DNA from: a virus
IMG/VR virus record: IMGVR_UViG_3300018421_000015
Coordinates: 1-64,000 of that record
Strand: one strand, 5' to 3'
DNA length: 64,000 nucleotides
Each line of letters starts with the position of its first letter. Position 1 is the first letter of the stretch. Made by a program: the position numbers and the translations under genes. Positions 49,767 through 60,260 of this stretch are shown here, piece after piece. Below the pieces are notes generated by a model. That model was not told the DNA's origin and made no database searches. It saw only the letters and a program-made list of their open reading frames with translations.

Positions 49767-50546
49767 TCAAGAAACCTGACAATAAACTACTCTTCCGTTA
49801 GCTCCGCCTGTGCCACCGCTAACATCCGTTGTTACACTACTATTTAGTACATCATTAGAAGAAACAACAACAACTACACCACCGCCACCACCACCGGAAC
49901 CGGAATCACCTGGAGCGCTAAAATAGGCTGTTCCTGATTTGACAACAATATATCTAGCAGCGATTATCACAACTCCACCACCTGCACCAGTTTGACCACC
50001 AGCACCACCCCTAAGAAAGACTGGTGCACCAATACCTGCAGTAATTGAATAGCCACGAGCAGCATTTAAGGGTTGATTGTAAAAGTTTGCACCACCTTCT
50101 TCTGGAGTAGGTTCTGTTGCTGATCTATATGTGGTTGATCCACCAAGGCTATGCGTCACTGCTTCGGCTTGAGCTCCACCCTGTCTTATTGATCCATCTG
50201 TTGAGAATCCAGAAGTAAAACCTATCCTAGAGTTAGAGTTAAGGATTAAAGTATTCCTAACGAATAATCTATAACCACTTGTTTTAAGATGAATTCCTGA
50301 ATTTATGGTTAAATTATGGAAAAACAAATCTCGGTTCATACTATAAACATTAGAGGAAGGCGACATACCAAGGACAGAGGAACTTCCATCAAGAGTTGCA
50401 CTTCCGTCAGCTGCTGAACCAAAAAGGGCATTAGCAACATCTAGATTATTTAAAAAAGCTAATGTCTCATCTTCCAGTGAAGATGATGAATCAAAATAGC
50501 TCTTTCCTACACCAAATCTGTTATTCCTTCTAAATCCAGTCATCAA
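49767..50546 (-). CDS. glycine-rich protein, paralog of the adjacent fibre N-domain
   Basis: FGS..DGS, NLTINSG..L.T.GYRLFV..TL and GGGVV.I.A shared with 46541-49765. Confidence 0.7.
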   Translation of the reverse strand: MMTGFRRNNRFGVGKSYFDSSSSLEDETLAFLNNLDVANALFGSAADGSATLDGSSSVLGMSPSSNVYSMNRDLFFHNLTINSGIHLKTSGYRLFVRNTLILNSNSRIGFTSGFSTDGSIRQGGAQAEAVTHSLGGSTTYRSATEPTPEEGGANFYNQPLNAARGYSITAGIGAPVFLRGGAGGQTGAGGGVVIIAARYIVVKSGTAYFSAPGDSGSGGGGGGVVVVVSSNDVLNSSVTTDVSGGTGGANGRVVYCQVS

Positions 50547-50902
50547 CTTTCCTCTATTCCATTAATAATTAAATTCACAGAGGCACCGGCGTCGCAAACT
50601 GCTACTATTTGATCAGAATTAGAAGCGCCCGCTGTTGAACCATTATTATTAAGGACTAGAGAAGTAGAAAGTGATAAAGTTTCATCTGCAGATATTGATA
50701 TATCGCTGAAAAATATATGAGAACTGGATAATGTCTCTCCAGCTGGCTTACAATACAATTTAACAGTTCTTGTACTCGCAGAATAATTACAAAGTATTAT
50801 TTCTTTTATTATAGTCACAGTATTCTGTGGAACCGTGTAATAATCTGCATTTGACGCAGTTAATGTAGAAGGTCCAACAAGACGCTTTTGAATGAGGGGC
50901 AT
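50543..50902 (-). CDS. putative small virion beta-sandwich protein
   Basis: YTVP......IK.I.LCN....N..I.G.E pattern typical of phage structural modules. Confidence 0.6.
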   Translation of the reverse strand: MPLIQKRLVGPSTLTASNADYYTVPQNTVTIIKEIILCNYSASTRTVKLYCKPAGETLSSSHIFFSDISISADETLSLSTSLVLNNNGSTAGASNSDQIVAVCDAGASVNLIINGIEES

Positions 50903-51014
50903 GCTAACTCCTAAATATAGTTAAAGTATTTTAGCACATGGCGAATCAATCTTTCAATATAGTAATCGATTTATCCACTAACACTTAAAACCTTTATGTG
51001 GTATAGTATAGCTT

Positions 51015-51440
51015 ATGAATGAGTATATGTATTTAGAAAAATTGACATTTGCTACTGCTGTTTCTTACACTGTAGCTGAAACTATTTATAAAATCAAGGA
51101 AAACAGATTTACTCAGCCTAAAAATGTTAAAAAATGGCAAATGGTAATCAGTGATGCACTTCATCATTTTCAATACGACTTATCTGCAGTGGTGGAACAA
51201 AAAGGGTATCAATTTACAAAAATACCATTTGCATACTGCCACGTAGATTCAAGAACATTGATAAGTAATCGATACAGTGGATGTGATGCAAGAATATATC
51301 TAAACATTGGACCTGGTACAATAAACCTACCAATGGATTTAGAAGTTGGTGATGCGATGATCACGACAACAAGAGAAAACACATTTTACTCAAAACCACA
51401 AAGTATAGTTTTTTATAGAGATTTAGTAAAAAATGACTAA
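51015..51440 (+). CDS. hypothetical protein, possibly degenerate DSBH/oxygenase
   Basis: extended -10 TGGTATAGT upstream; HVD; overlaps the P450 start. Confidence 0.5.
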   Translation: MNEYMYLEKLTFATAVSYTVAETIYKIKENRFTQPKNVKKWQMVISDALHHFQYDLSAVVEQKGYQFTKIPFAYCHVDSRTLISNRYSGCDARIYLNIGPGTINLPMDLEVGDAMITTTRENTFYSKPQSIVFYRDLVKND

Positions 51441-52656
51441 GGATGCAATAAGTGATCAATGGATACTTGACCTATCTGTTGATCACCATGATCGCGAAAT
51501 AAGATCCTCAATCTTTAAAGCGTATACTGAATTAAGAAAACCCGTATGGTTTAATGACCATAAAAGGCCAGATGTAAACTATTTATCAGTTTTTACCTGG
51601 GATGACGTAAGCTTAGTTAGTTCAAAATCAGATATTTTTCACTCTAAGGAGGGTTATCTTATAAATGACAACTTTGACAGAATGTCTTTTGATGGCTCAC
51701 TCTTGTCAATGAATGGGGAAGAGCACAAGAACATGAGGGCAATTGTTTCTTTCATATTTACAAATAAAATGGTCCAAGAACTGGAGCCTATGATAAGAAG
51801 AATAGCCAAAAAAGCCTTTGAGCAGGTTTTGTCACAAAATGATAAAATTGATATATTTAAAACTGTATGTACAGATATACCTTTAAATATAAATGCAGAA
51901 ATGATGGGCATGCCGGAAGAGTTGAAGTATGAAATTTTAAATTTAACAAAATTTATAGTTGTAAATGATGATCCCGACTATGGGAATAGTAAACCACTAA
52001 AATGGCTCCAAGCGACAAAAAGAATGAAAAACCATGCCCTGTCTATTGGTGAGTTAAACAAAAATTCTCAAAACACTAATATGACGACTATGCTCCTAAA
52101 TTCCATGGATAACTCCAAGAATCTTACCTTAGAAGAATACTCTCAATTTTTCATGCTATTAGTCATTGCGGGCATGGAAACAACTACTCATTCCCTGGCT
52201 CATGGAATAAAGTTGTTGTATCAAAATCCGGATCAACTTGATTTACTTAAAAATAATTTCGACACCTATATAGAAACAGCTTGCGAAGAAATACTAAGAG
52301 TTGAACCAACAGTGCTACACTTCAGAAGAACTGCGACTATTGATACCGAAATATCTGGTGTACCAGTAAAAAAGGGTGACAGAATACTTACCTGGTACAA
52401 TTGTGCGAATAACGATTCGGAAAAATTTAATAACCCCTATGAATTTGACATAACAAGGCCCAAAAGACCTCCCCATACAACCTTCGGTGGACCTGGCATA
52501 CACCATTGCCTGGGGGCCGGACTAGCTAGACTTGAAATGAAAATATTTTACGAATATTTATTTGAATATATTCCTGAAATAAAGTTAGACCTTGATAACA
52601 TTAAATATGTTAAAACACGCTGGGCAAATGGTTACAAATCAATGCCACTAAAATAA
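51433..52656 (+). CDS. cytochrome P450
   Basis: AGMETT I-helix, EEILR (ExxR), FGGPGIHHCLG heme-Cys loop. Confidence 0.95.
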   Translation: MTKDAISDQWILDLSVDHHDREIRSSIFKAYTELRKPVWFNDHKRPDVNYLSVFTWDDVSLVSSKSDIFHSKEGYLINDNFDRMSFDGSLLSMNGEEHKNMRAIVSFIFTNKMVQELEPMIRRIAKKAFEQVLSQNDKIDIFKTVCTDIPLNINAEMMGMPEELKYEILNLTKFIVVNDDPDYGNSKPLKWLQATKRMKNHALSIGELNKNSQNTNMTTMLLNSMDNSKNLTLEEYSQFFMLLVIAGMETTTHSLAHGIKLLYQNPDQLDLLKNNFDTYIETACEEILRVEPTVLHFRRTATIDTEISGVPVKKGDRILTWYNCANNDSEKFNNPYEFDITRPKRPPHTTFGGPGIHHCLGAGLARLEMKIFYEYLFEYIPEIKLDLDNIKYVKTRWANGYKSMPLK

Positions 52657-52730
52657 AAAACCCTATAGGGACAAAAAATAGGAAAAAATTTTAAGGCCCT
52701 TTTTTGTTTTACAGTTTTTTAAATAATTTG
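52655..52730. repeat. intergenic repeat copy 1
   Basis: AAAACCCTATAGGG..AAAAATAGG.AAAAATTTTA..GG..TTTTTGTTTT, similar to 54904-54978. Confidence 0.7.
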
Positions 52731-52744
52731 AAAACTATACATAA

Positions 52745-53725
52745 TTAAAGGTTGAAATTGTTACCATTATAATTCCTAAAAAAAATTCTATCATACTTTA
52801 TATCGTATAATAAATTTAGAATTTCGTGAGCGGAGACCCAAAAATTTTCTCCATGCTTCCAGTTGTGTAAATCTAAAGTAACAGCTTCACCTTGATGTGG
52901 ACCGTCACCGGTAAATACGCCTACAGTATTAAAACCAGCTTTAATTATCTGTTCTATCTTTTCTTGTAATTCTTCTTCGTTTTTAGATTCAGCTTTTAGC
53001 TCATAATAATAGTCTTTGTAGTCAGTTTCATACTGAATATACGATCTAGTGAAATACTTTTCCCCACCAGAAACCAGTCCTACGGCGTGGAAGTAGGGAT
53101 TTCTATTTGGAAATTCTGGATAAAGAGGAGATCCTGATGGAAATACTATGAGATCACCTTTTACAGGTTTATAAGGAATAATGCTATCGTCATGATAAAA
53201 TATAATCTCCCCACCCTCATAGTCATCATTAATGTAAAGATTAGCGGTCAATAAAAACTGACGAGACTCCAAAAACCATTTACCAATTTCATAATCTGTG
53301 TGAAACTGCATGGCTAAACCGCCCCATCTTGAATCCCTAGTGTCATCAAGCCATTCGGCTCTAATGTATTTAGCTATATTAGGACTAGTGATTATATGAT
53401 TATCGGGAATGTTTACTTTTTTCAGGTCAACATAATGGTCGATACAGTTTTTGGTAGCATTGCTGATTACTTCTACAATTTCTCTTTCTGCTAAAGCTAC
53501 GGGATTGTCAGGATTTTTTTCAACAATGTCATCATAGTCAGCATATTTAACACCTGTTAAAATATTCGTATACGTCCCGAAAACAAACCACTGAGACCAC
53601 TCTTCTAAAATAAACTCCCCATGACTATTATTCTCACTGTATTTAATCTTGTCCAGCAAAGAGTCAATGTCATCTACAGAATTTTTATATACAATTATTG
53701 ATGGGTGTATTTCTTCGAAATCCAT
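52745..53725 (-). CDS. 2OG-Fe(II) oxygenase
   Basis: HTD...YINDDYEGGEI.F...FPS...H.V....G.KY. Confidence 0.85.
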   Translation of the reverse strand: MDFEEIHPSIIVYKNSVDDIDSLLDKIKYSENNSHGEFILEEWSQWFVFGTYTNILTGVKYADYDDIVEKNPDNPVALAEREIVEVISNATKNCIDHYVDLKKVNIPDNHIITSPNIAKYIRAEWLDDTRDSRWGGLAMQFHTDYEIGKWFLESRQFLLTANLYINDDYEGGEIIFYHDDSIIPYKPVKGDLIVFPSGSPLYPEFPNRNPYFHAVGLVSGGEKYFTRSYIQYETDYKDYYYELKAESKNEEELQEKIEQIIKAGFNTVGVFTGDGPHQGEAVTLDLHNWKHGENFWVSAHEILNLLYDIKYDRIFFRNYNGNNFNL

Positions 53726-53736
53726 ATAAATCTATA

Positions 53737-54324
53737 TCAATTAGGGCTTCTAAAGTTTGCGTAATGATCAATATCTATTACTGTTGGATCGACCCACCAA
53801 TCTTCATGTATGTCTTTAAACAAGAGCGTATAGCCCAAACAGTCTAATATCTCTCTTTGGGAATCGCGCATTCCTGCATTTCTAAAATACATATTAGTGT
53901 CATGCTCGAAAGTAATAACATTAAATCTATACTTACTTAACGGTAAACTAATTAGTCCTAACAAAGTTGTATAATGATTACCAAAAGGTCTTTGAGCGGG
54001 ATCATAACCGGCATCTATATCTACCTGCAAAAAATCTATTTGATTGGGAAAATTGTTTTCTTCAAAGTAGCACAGGTAATCAAAACTAAGGGCATCTCCC
54101 AAACACGGGTTTGATCTATTGGAAATAAACTCCTGTCTTCTTTCATCTTCAATTTCAAAAGAAACACCCTTCCAATCAAAATCTCTTTCAAGATAATAGG
54201 TATTACTGCCATGAGTCGAATGAAATGCTCCCAGTTCAACGTAATATCCATTTTTTTTATATTTATTAATATCTAATACAAACTTTTCCTGTCTGCTATT
54301 TCCATTATAATTCATTGTTTTCAC
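53737..54324 (-). CDS. FkbM family SAM methyltransferase
   Basis: GYYVELGA....SNTYYLE...WKG; IDFLQVDID; FEH. Confidence 0.8.
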   Translation of the reverse strand: MKTMNYNGNSRQEKFVLDINKYKKNGYYVELGAFHSTHGSNTYYLERDFDWKGVSFEIEDERRQEFISNRSNPCLGDALSFDYLCYFEENNFPNQIDFLQVDIDAGYDPAQRPFGNHYTTLLGLISLPLSKYRFNVITFEHDTNMYFRNAGMRDSQREILDCLGYTLLFKDIHEDWWVDPTVIDIDHYANFRSPN

Positions 54325-54860
54325 TCAACTTCCCAAAAATAGTTTACTGATATTTTTTGACCTTCTATAACTTCCATTGAACCGTGCAGCAGCTTTGCAT
54401 CAAAAGCTACCATTCTATTTCTTTTAGAATCTATTTTTATATCTAAATCTGGAAAATATAGCTCCCCACCTTCTCTCGGCTGCTCCACAAAGTGAACAGC
54501 TGAGAACACATGTATATCATGATTAACACCATCACCATCTTTATGGTAATTATCTACATGATACCCCTTACTTCCACCTACTGGATATATTATAGCACTA
54601 ATGTGGCTTTTTCTTTTTAATTTAGAAAGAAAAATACCCTCAACGTATCCCTGAATAGTGCCACAATAGTCTTCTATGAGCTTGCCCATTTTATGATCAT
54701 GATGAGATGTAAACATATTGGCTCTGTCGCCAGAATGATACTCGTAGCTATCGGGATAGCTTTTAATATACGATTCAACTTGATCTATGTTGTCATACAT
54801 ATCATCAATTACAAATATTTTTTCATTTACCTTCTCAATATACTTTAACATAACTATCAC
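54321..54860 (-). CDS. 2OG-Fe(II) oxygenase
   Basis: HVD...GGELYF...H...V..G.K. Confidence 0.85.
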   Translation of the reverse strand: MIVMLKYIEKVNEKIFVIDDMYDNIDQVESYIKSYPDSYEYHSGDRANMFTSHHDHKMGKLIEDYCGTIQGYVEGIFLSKLKRKSHISAIIYPVGGSKGYHVDNYHKDGDGVNHDIHVFSAVHFVEQPREGGELYFPDLDIKIDSKRNRMVAFDAKLLHGSMEVIEGQKISVNYFWEVE

Positions 54861-54903
54861 AACCTTAAACGCATTTTACCATTTCTGATGGAATCTATCA
54901 AGT

Positions 54904-54978
54904 AAAAACCCTATAGGGTTAAAAATAGGGAAAAATTTTATAAGGGGTTTTTGTTTTTAAACTTTTTTTCTAAATTTG
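54904..54978. repeat. intergenic repeat copy 2
   Basis: similar to 52655-52730, with palindrome AACCCTATAGGGTT. Confidence 0.7.
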
Positions 54979-54982
54979 GTTT

Positions 54983-55900
54983 TTACAGAAAATCTATCCA
55001 TTCCCTGTTGTAATCTAAGGTGGATAAAAAGTTTTCCTCCATACTTATATCCAATAGGCTTTCAGTATAATGCAAGTGATGATGTAGTCCTGGATGAGCT
55101 TGAGTATCTACAGCCGAGTCCCAGAAATATTTTAGATGATCTGGAATATCGTAGGCGTGTTTGCCGCAGGGGGCTTCAAATGACCAATGTGTATCTTCAT
55201 AATTAAAACAGCCTGTTGAATCAAGACCTTTTATGTATCCAAGATTATAGAAAATATTTTGAGTGTACAAATCCCATGATGATACTGTCACCTCTACTCC
55301 CAGACTCTTACAGATGGCTAAACATAGTTCTAAAGTTTTTATAGTGTCATGAAGCTTGTATTCAACCGATGGAAAATATTTCTTTAAATATGTATCATTT
55401 AACCAAGCTATACGCTTATTATTTATAGTAAAACCCGCTTTAGGATTGAACTCTAAATGTTTCGTATGCATTGTTTTCAGATCGGTAATCTGCGTCCTAA
55501 AAATATCTGGCATGAGGATATAGACCTGTTTCGGTGTTGCTAAATCTTTACAAGAAAGATAGCCCACCAATAGCTCTAGTATAGAAATAATATTAAGGCC
55601 CGGTTGTGCAACAACATTAACTTTATTGCCAGTAATTTGCTGAAGCATATAAGGCCAAGTTAACTGATGGGGAATTCCGACAGAAGCAGTAACTGAACAG
55701 CCAAGCGCAACAACTTCAGCATCGCATGCTATATCTTCTCCTACTATATTAAGGGAATTTTTTTGGTAGGGAAAATCACCGTATACCACTTTATCAATAT
55801 TACCGTATTGTTTAAAGAAAAAATCTACTGACTCGGATTCATGATCCACTGCCAGAACCCTTGCCTCTATTAAAATATTATCTATGTTTATACTTCTCAT
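54983..55900 (-). CDS. SGNH/GDSL-like protein
   Basis: GCSVTASVGIPHQLTWP identical to 14285-15265; D..HPG. Confidence 0.65.
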   Translation of the reverse strand: MRSINIDNILIEARVLAVDHESESVDFFFKQYGNIDKVVYGDFPYQKNSLNIVGEDIACDAEVVALGCSVTASVGIPHQLTWPYMLQQITGNKVNVVAQPGLNIISILELLVGYLSCKDLATPKQVYILMPDIFRTQITDLKTMHTKHLEFNPKAGFTINNKRIAWLNDTYLKKYFPSVEYKLHDTIKTLELCLAICKSLGVEVTVSSWDLYTQNIFYNLGYIKGLDSTGCFNYEDTHWSFEAPCGKHAYDIPDHLKYFWDSAVDTQAHPGLHHHLHYTESLLDISMEENFLSTLDYNREWIDFL

Positions 55901-55908
55901 TACTACTC

Positions 55909-57363
55909 TTAGACTATTCTTACGTGTGGATTAACTTTTTTCCATCTTATTACATCTTTTTCAGAATTTATAAGTGGTTCACCTTTTATGTTTAAACTGG
56001 TATTCAATAATATGGGTATTCCGGTATGATTTTCCCATTCTTTTAAAGTGTGATACAGCCCGGGATGCTGTTGTTCGTTAACTGTTTGAACCCTAGATGT
56101 CCCGTCAACATGTACAACAGACGGTATTTCTTCAGGTCTTTTACACCTGACTGCATATTGCATGTATGGAGAAGGTTTATCAAGATCAAACCAATCACTA
56201 AAAGCATCTTCGGTAACTACGGGTGCAAAAGGTCTAAACATTTCCCTCTTCTTTACCGTGTTCACCTTATCCTTTATGCCTGGATCTCTCGGATCAGCAA
56301 GTATGCTTCTATTACCCAATGCCCTAGGGCCAAACTCTGCCCTACCTGAAGCTACAGCTACGACTGACTTAGATTTAAGCTCTGCTAATATTTTTTCAAC
56401 TGGATACTCTCCAGGAATGTTATGCCCAAGATAAGGACCATTCCAGTTAACATGCTTTTGATCATAGAGCAGAGCTGCACCCAGGCTTGAACCAGCATCA
56501 CCTGGGTTTGGCATAATCCATATATCGTTCCAGTGTTGAATTAATTTTGCATTGGCTGAGCAGTTGAGTGCGCAGCCACCCATATAAACAAGGTTCTTGC
56601 AGCCTGTTAAATTTCTAGCAAACGACATAAATTCTATTAACCTATTCTCAAATACCACCTGAACAGCGGCTGCTATATCAAACTTATCTTGATCTGACCT
56701 TATTTTAAACGGGAAATTATTAACTCCAATGTGAAAGTTTTGAGATTGACTATCAAAAGATGGGAAACTATCGTTTATGTATGAAAAATATCTCCCAGGA
56801 CTGCCAAACCCAGCCATTCCCATAAGAATATATTCCTCTGTTCCAGGAACAAGTCCAAGGAGTTGAGTGTACGCACTATAAAACAGTCCAAAACTAGCGG
56901 GATAATTTATAGAGTATTTTTTTTCTATACTAAAACCATTAGCGTACCAAATGGTAGCAGTTTCAAATTCCCCTATAGCGTCTATGACGACCACTGTTGC
57001 TTCATTAAAGGGGCTTGTATAGTACCCGGCGCACGCATGAGAAAGGTGATGATCTGATTGATACTCCCTTATACCTTTTAGTGAATCAATATTTTTTTTA
57101 TATAATTTATTATATTCACCATTTATTCCACCATATATAAGTCTTCTAATTCTTTTGCTAATTCTGTTTTCATAGTAAGCTATAAAATCTGGAGTACCAT
57201 ACGTAAGAGCATCGTTGATCAAGCCATTGCTTATCTGCCAGTCATTTTTAACTCTAGAGTACCTTTCGGAATGACCAGCAAAAAGTATATCAGAGTCATG
57301 TATCAAAGCAATAGCGGCGTCGTGGCTACAGTCGTTTATCCCCAGTATCATACGGGCATCCAA
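55909..57363 (-). CDS. carbamoyltransferase (NodU/CmcH family)
   Basis: HDAA, HHLSHA, GGCALN, GDAGSSLGA, EFGPRALGNRSIL, KKRE.FRPFAP, LNTSLN; true start probably MILGIN. Confidence 0.95.
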   Translation of the reverse strand: MDARMILGINDCSHDAAIALIHDSDILFAGHSERYSRVKNDWQISNGLINDALTYGTPDFIAYYENRISKRIRRLIYGGINGEYNKLYKKNIDSLKGIREYQSDHHLSHACAGYYTSPFNEATVVVIDAIGEFETATIWYANGFSIEKKYSINYPASFGLFYSAYTQLLGLVPGTEEYILMGMAGFGSPGRYFSYINDSFPSFDSQSQNFHIGVNNFPFKIRSDQDKFDIAAAVQVVFENRLIEFMSFARNLTGCKNLVYMGGCALNCSANAKLIQHWNDIWIMPNPGDAGSSLGAALLYDQKHVNWNGPYLGHNIPGEYPVEKILAELKSKSVVAVASGRAEFGPRALGNRSILADPRDPGIKDKVNTVKKREMFRPFAPVVTEDAFSDWFDLDKPSPYMQYAVRCKRPEEIPSVVHVDGTSRVQTVNEQQHPGLYHTLKEWENHTGIPILLNTSLNIKGEPLINSEKDVIRWKKVNPHVRIV

Positions 57364-57491
57364 TCATTAAATCTTTTAGTATATAAACCTATTTGGTTCT
57401 TTATACTTTTTATTTTTTGTTATGAGAAACATTATTTTTTTAAAACTTTTTTTAATTCTAAATTTAATTAGATTATAAGAAATATTCACAG

Positions 57492-58604
57492 TTATTTACC
57501 TCTTTCATTACTAGGTTTGCGAACGACTTTAACATCTGGGAGTGGTTCAGATATTATACTTAAAACTCTTTCAGAAATAGGTCTTTTTAGAAATCTTTCA
57601 GCGTAATGTAATTGTGCATGTATACCGGGATGTGATTTATCAGCTGCTATAGACCAGTAGTTGTGACCAGACATGGGGTGATGTAGGTGGCAATTTTCAT
57701 TGTCAATCTTATCCACAAACCAATGAACTGTATTCATATATGAGTCTAGCTCATCGAGAGAGTCAAAATCCTCGATAGTTTTTACCACTTCTGATTCACT
57801 CTTATAAATATCATTACACAAAGCTTCATCCGAAATACACAATTTAAGAACCTCGTTGGTAATCATGTCCCATGAAGATACTTTAAGTTCTATACCCATG
57901 TTACGACATAGTGACTCAATTCTGCATAGTTCAGATATATTCTGCAGTATACCTGATTCAATCGGGTAACTATATCTTTTACCATACAGACCTCTGTAGG
58001 TGTGTGGACCAAGATTCATGTTAGTGGAATAGTCTTTAAAATCTGTAAACCAACTAAAAGACTTTGTGTTAAAAACGTAGTTATCTTTAGAGATAGGATC
58101 AATTTCCATAACTTTTAATCTAAAAATATCTGGAGAAAGTAAGAACACTTTTTCTGGCTTACCATATAAATCTATATATTTATAAAAACTGTCTAGGCAG
58201 TACGCAATACCCTTTCCTGGATTAGCTAAGACATTGATTGGGTAACCAAGTTCTTTAGATAATATGTAAGGCCATGTCCATTTATGCCAAAGCCCGCACC
58301 CAGCAGTTACAGAGCAACCAAGTGCTAAGGCAGGGGCTCCCTCTACGAAATCTTCTCCGGGTATACCCAAATTGTTAACTCTATAAAACATATCCTCAAC
58401 GGGAGGATGCCAATGTGAGCCATCAGCATAGAAGGGGGTATCTCCCGCTCTTAAGTAATTAACGTCCCACAAATACTCTGTAATTTGACCATTATCAGAT
58501 GGATCCTTTATTATTCCAACTATCTGAGGTATATCAGAAATTTTGATATTTAAATTTTGAATTGATTTTCTTTTAAAAAAATTCCACATACTAAAACTCA
58601 TCAT
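57492..58604 (-). CDS. SGNH/GDSL-like protein
   Basis: LGCSVTAG.G...TWP, D.SHPG. Confidence 0.65.
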   Translation of the reverse strand: MMSFSMWNFFKRKSIQNLNIKISDIPQIVGIIKDPSDNGQITEYLWDVNYLRAGDTPFYADGSHWHPPVEDMFYRVNNLGIPGEDFVEGAPALALGCSVTAGCGLWHKWTWPYILSKELGYPINVLANPGKGIAYCLDSFYKYIDLYGKPEKVFLLSPDIFRLKVMEIDPISKDNYVFNTKSFSWFTDFKDYSTNMNLGPHTYRGLYGKRYSYPIESGILQNISELCRIESLCRNMGIELKVSSWDMITNEVLKLCISDEALCNDIYKSESEVVKTIEDFDSLDELDSYMNTVHWFVDKIDNENCHLHHPMSGHNYWSIAADKSHPGIHAQLHYAERFLKRPISERVLSIISEPLPDVKVVRKPSNERGK

Positions 58605-59628
58605 CTATATCTACTAGCACATCTTTTAGCTTTATCCCAACTTTATTCTGAAAATCCTTAAAACTTTCTTCATCTGGTGCACCCCAATATCCTATCTCTT
58701 TTCCGGTAAGGATCCTATGTAGTCTAGAAGAAGACCTATTCATCGGATCGTCCGTTTTTATTTCATTATAGAAAAACTTTTCTCTTCTTCTATCAGTTAA
58801 ACGACGCCAAGAAATATCGCCATCTTCATAATTAAATCCATTTTCATCGAACTCTTTACCTTTATGATAAAAGTAATTTAAATCAGGAACAAAAATTCTA
58901 TAGCCCCTAGATACAGCCCTTAAAGAAATGGCCTCTTCTTCTCCATAAAAGAATATTTCAGGATCCCATACACACTCAGATAAAAAAGATGTCTTTGCAA
59001 ACAAAAAGTTACCAGAAATTATATGGTGCTCCACAACTCCAGAAACCCTTCTATCTACAGTGGTATGAACTTTATTGATATAGTCATAGTTATCATAAAC
59101 TATAGAATCCTCATACATAACATCATTAATAATGATACTACGATACAGAATGTCATCATAGCTAGTATTAAATTGCAACCCTAAGCCTAATGTTGATCTT
59201 GCAAAAGAATAATTATCTTTAATAATTTCATTATTTTTACCTCTACTAAAATTAGGTATCCTATAACTTATAATAGGCTTATCTGCATATCCAAGCAGTT
59301 TCTTAAAGTACTCGACAATATATGTATCCCAGCCCTCATCGAAGATAGTATGAGCATCGACAGCAAGGCAATATTCTTCACCATTGTTTAGATAGTAGGC
59401 GTTGATTCTTGCTAGTCCGGTACCCAACAAGTCTTCTGTTAACACCTTAACGTGTTTTACGTTATCAAACTTGCTAAAATCTGTAAATTTATTATCTGTT
59501 CTTTGTTCATATATCCCAAAAAATAATCTATCCGGATCATCCGCGTTCTCGATAGCTGATTCTACTGTCGTAAATATCTCTTTTTCATCGAATCCATTCA
59601 AGGGAATAAATATACTATCTTTCTGCAC
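58591..59628 (-). CDS. GlcNAc transferase, GT60/Skp1-hydroxyproline GlcNAc-T-like
   Basis: SIFI......E...TV.SA...A..P..L.FGI..Q; G...AR; VDAH..F..GWD; GNFLF; DP..FF.GEE....R....GY. Confidence 0.75.
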   Translation of the reverse strand: MQKDSIFIPLNGFDEKEIFTTVESAIENADDPDRLFFGIYEQRTDNKFTDFSKFDNVKHVKVLTEDLLGTGLARINAYYLNNGEEYCLAVDAHTIFDEGWDTYIVEYFKKLLGYADKPIISYRIPNFSRGKNNEIIKDNYSFARSTLGLGLQFNTSYDDILYRSIIINDVMYEDSIVYDNYDYINKVHTTVDRRVSGVVEHHIISGNFLFAKTSFLSECVWDPEIFFYGEEEAISLRAVSRGYRIFVPDLNYFYHKGKEFDENGFNYEDGDISWRRLTDRRREKFFYNEIKTDDPMNRSSSRLHRILTGKEIGYWGAPDEESFKDFQNKVGIKLKDVLVDIDDEF

Positions 59629-59630
59629 TG

Positions 59631-60260
59631 CTAGACTTCCTGGGTAATAATTGGCCTATCCCAATACACAGACCAATCAGCGTTGGGAGATTTGTTCGGA
59701 GTTACTGGACCCCAATTCATACTAACCACTAAACGAGATTCTTCTGACTGGTTTCTGGAAGTCATATGCTGTATAAAAGAATTAAAGATAACCAGTGTAC
59801 CAACCTCTGGTTTGATACTCTTTACTCCATTTATTATACCACAATAATTATAGGTGAAGACCAGTTCCGCTGAACCTTCTGGAACCTGTGGATAATATGT
59901 TACACTGTAATACTCAGACGGATCTAAATGGAGATTTGAGTGATGAGTATGTGATATTACACTTTGATTTTTAACCAGATCAACAGCCCACGTATCATTT
60001 AATTGATATTCTTTTCCGAATAAAAATTTAAGCCTGTCTGCCACAGTTGATTCAAGTTTTGAAATTTCAGGAGTTACGGGCATAACCAGATCTTCAAACT
60101 GAACAAAACCCCTTGAAACCACACCGTAATCTGGGCAGTCTTGGTCTATTGTTTTAGAATACTTTTTAATATCATTAGATATAATTTCTGGATCAACCTC
60201 ATCAAGCTTATCGGTCCAAATGCAAAGATCTATTAATGGGATTTGATTAATCTTATTCAT
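59631..60260 (-). CDS. 2OG-Fe(II) oxygenase (TIGR02466-like)
   Basis: WA.......HTH...S..YY...P..G.L.IF.S...H....N.S...R...S.N; start moved to MNKIN. Confidence 0.75.
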   Translation of the reverse strand: MNKINQIPLIDLCIWTDKLDEVDPEIISNDIKKYSKTIDQDCPDYGVVSRGFVQFEDLVMPVTPEISKLESTVADRLKFLFGKEYQLNDTWAVDLVKNQSVISHTHHSNLHLDPSEYYSVTYYPQVPEGSAELVFTYNYCGIINGVKSIKPEVGTLVIFNSFIQHMTSRNQSEESRLVVSMNWGPVTPNKSPNADWSVYWDRPIITQEV

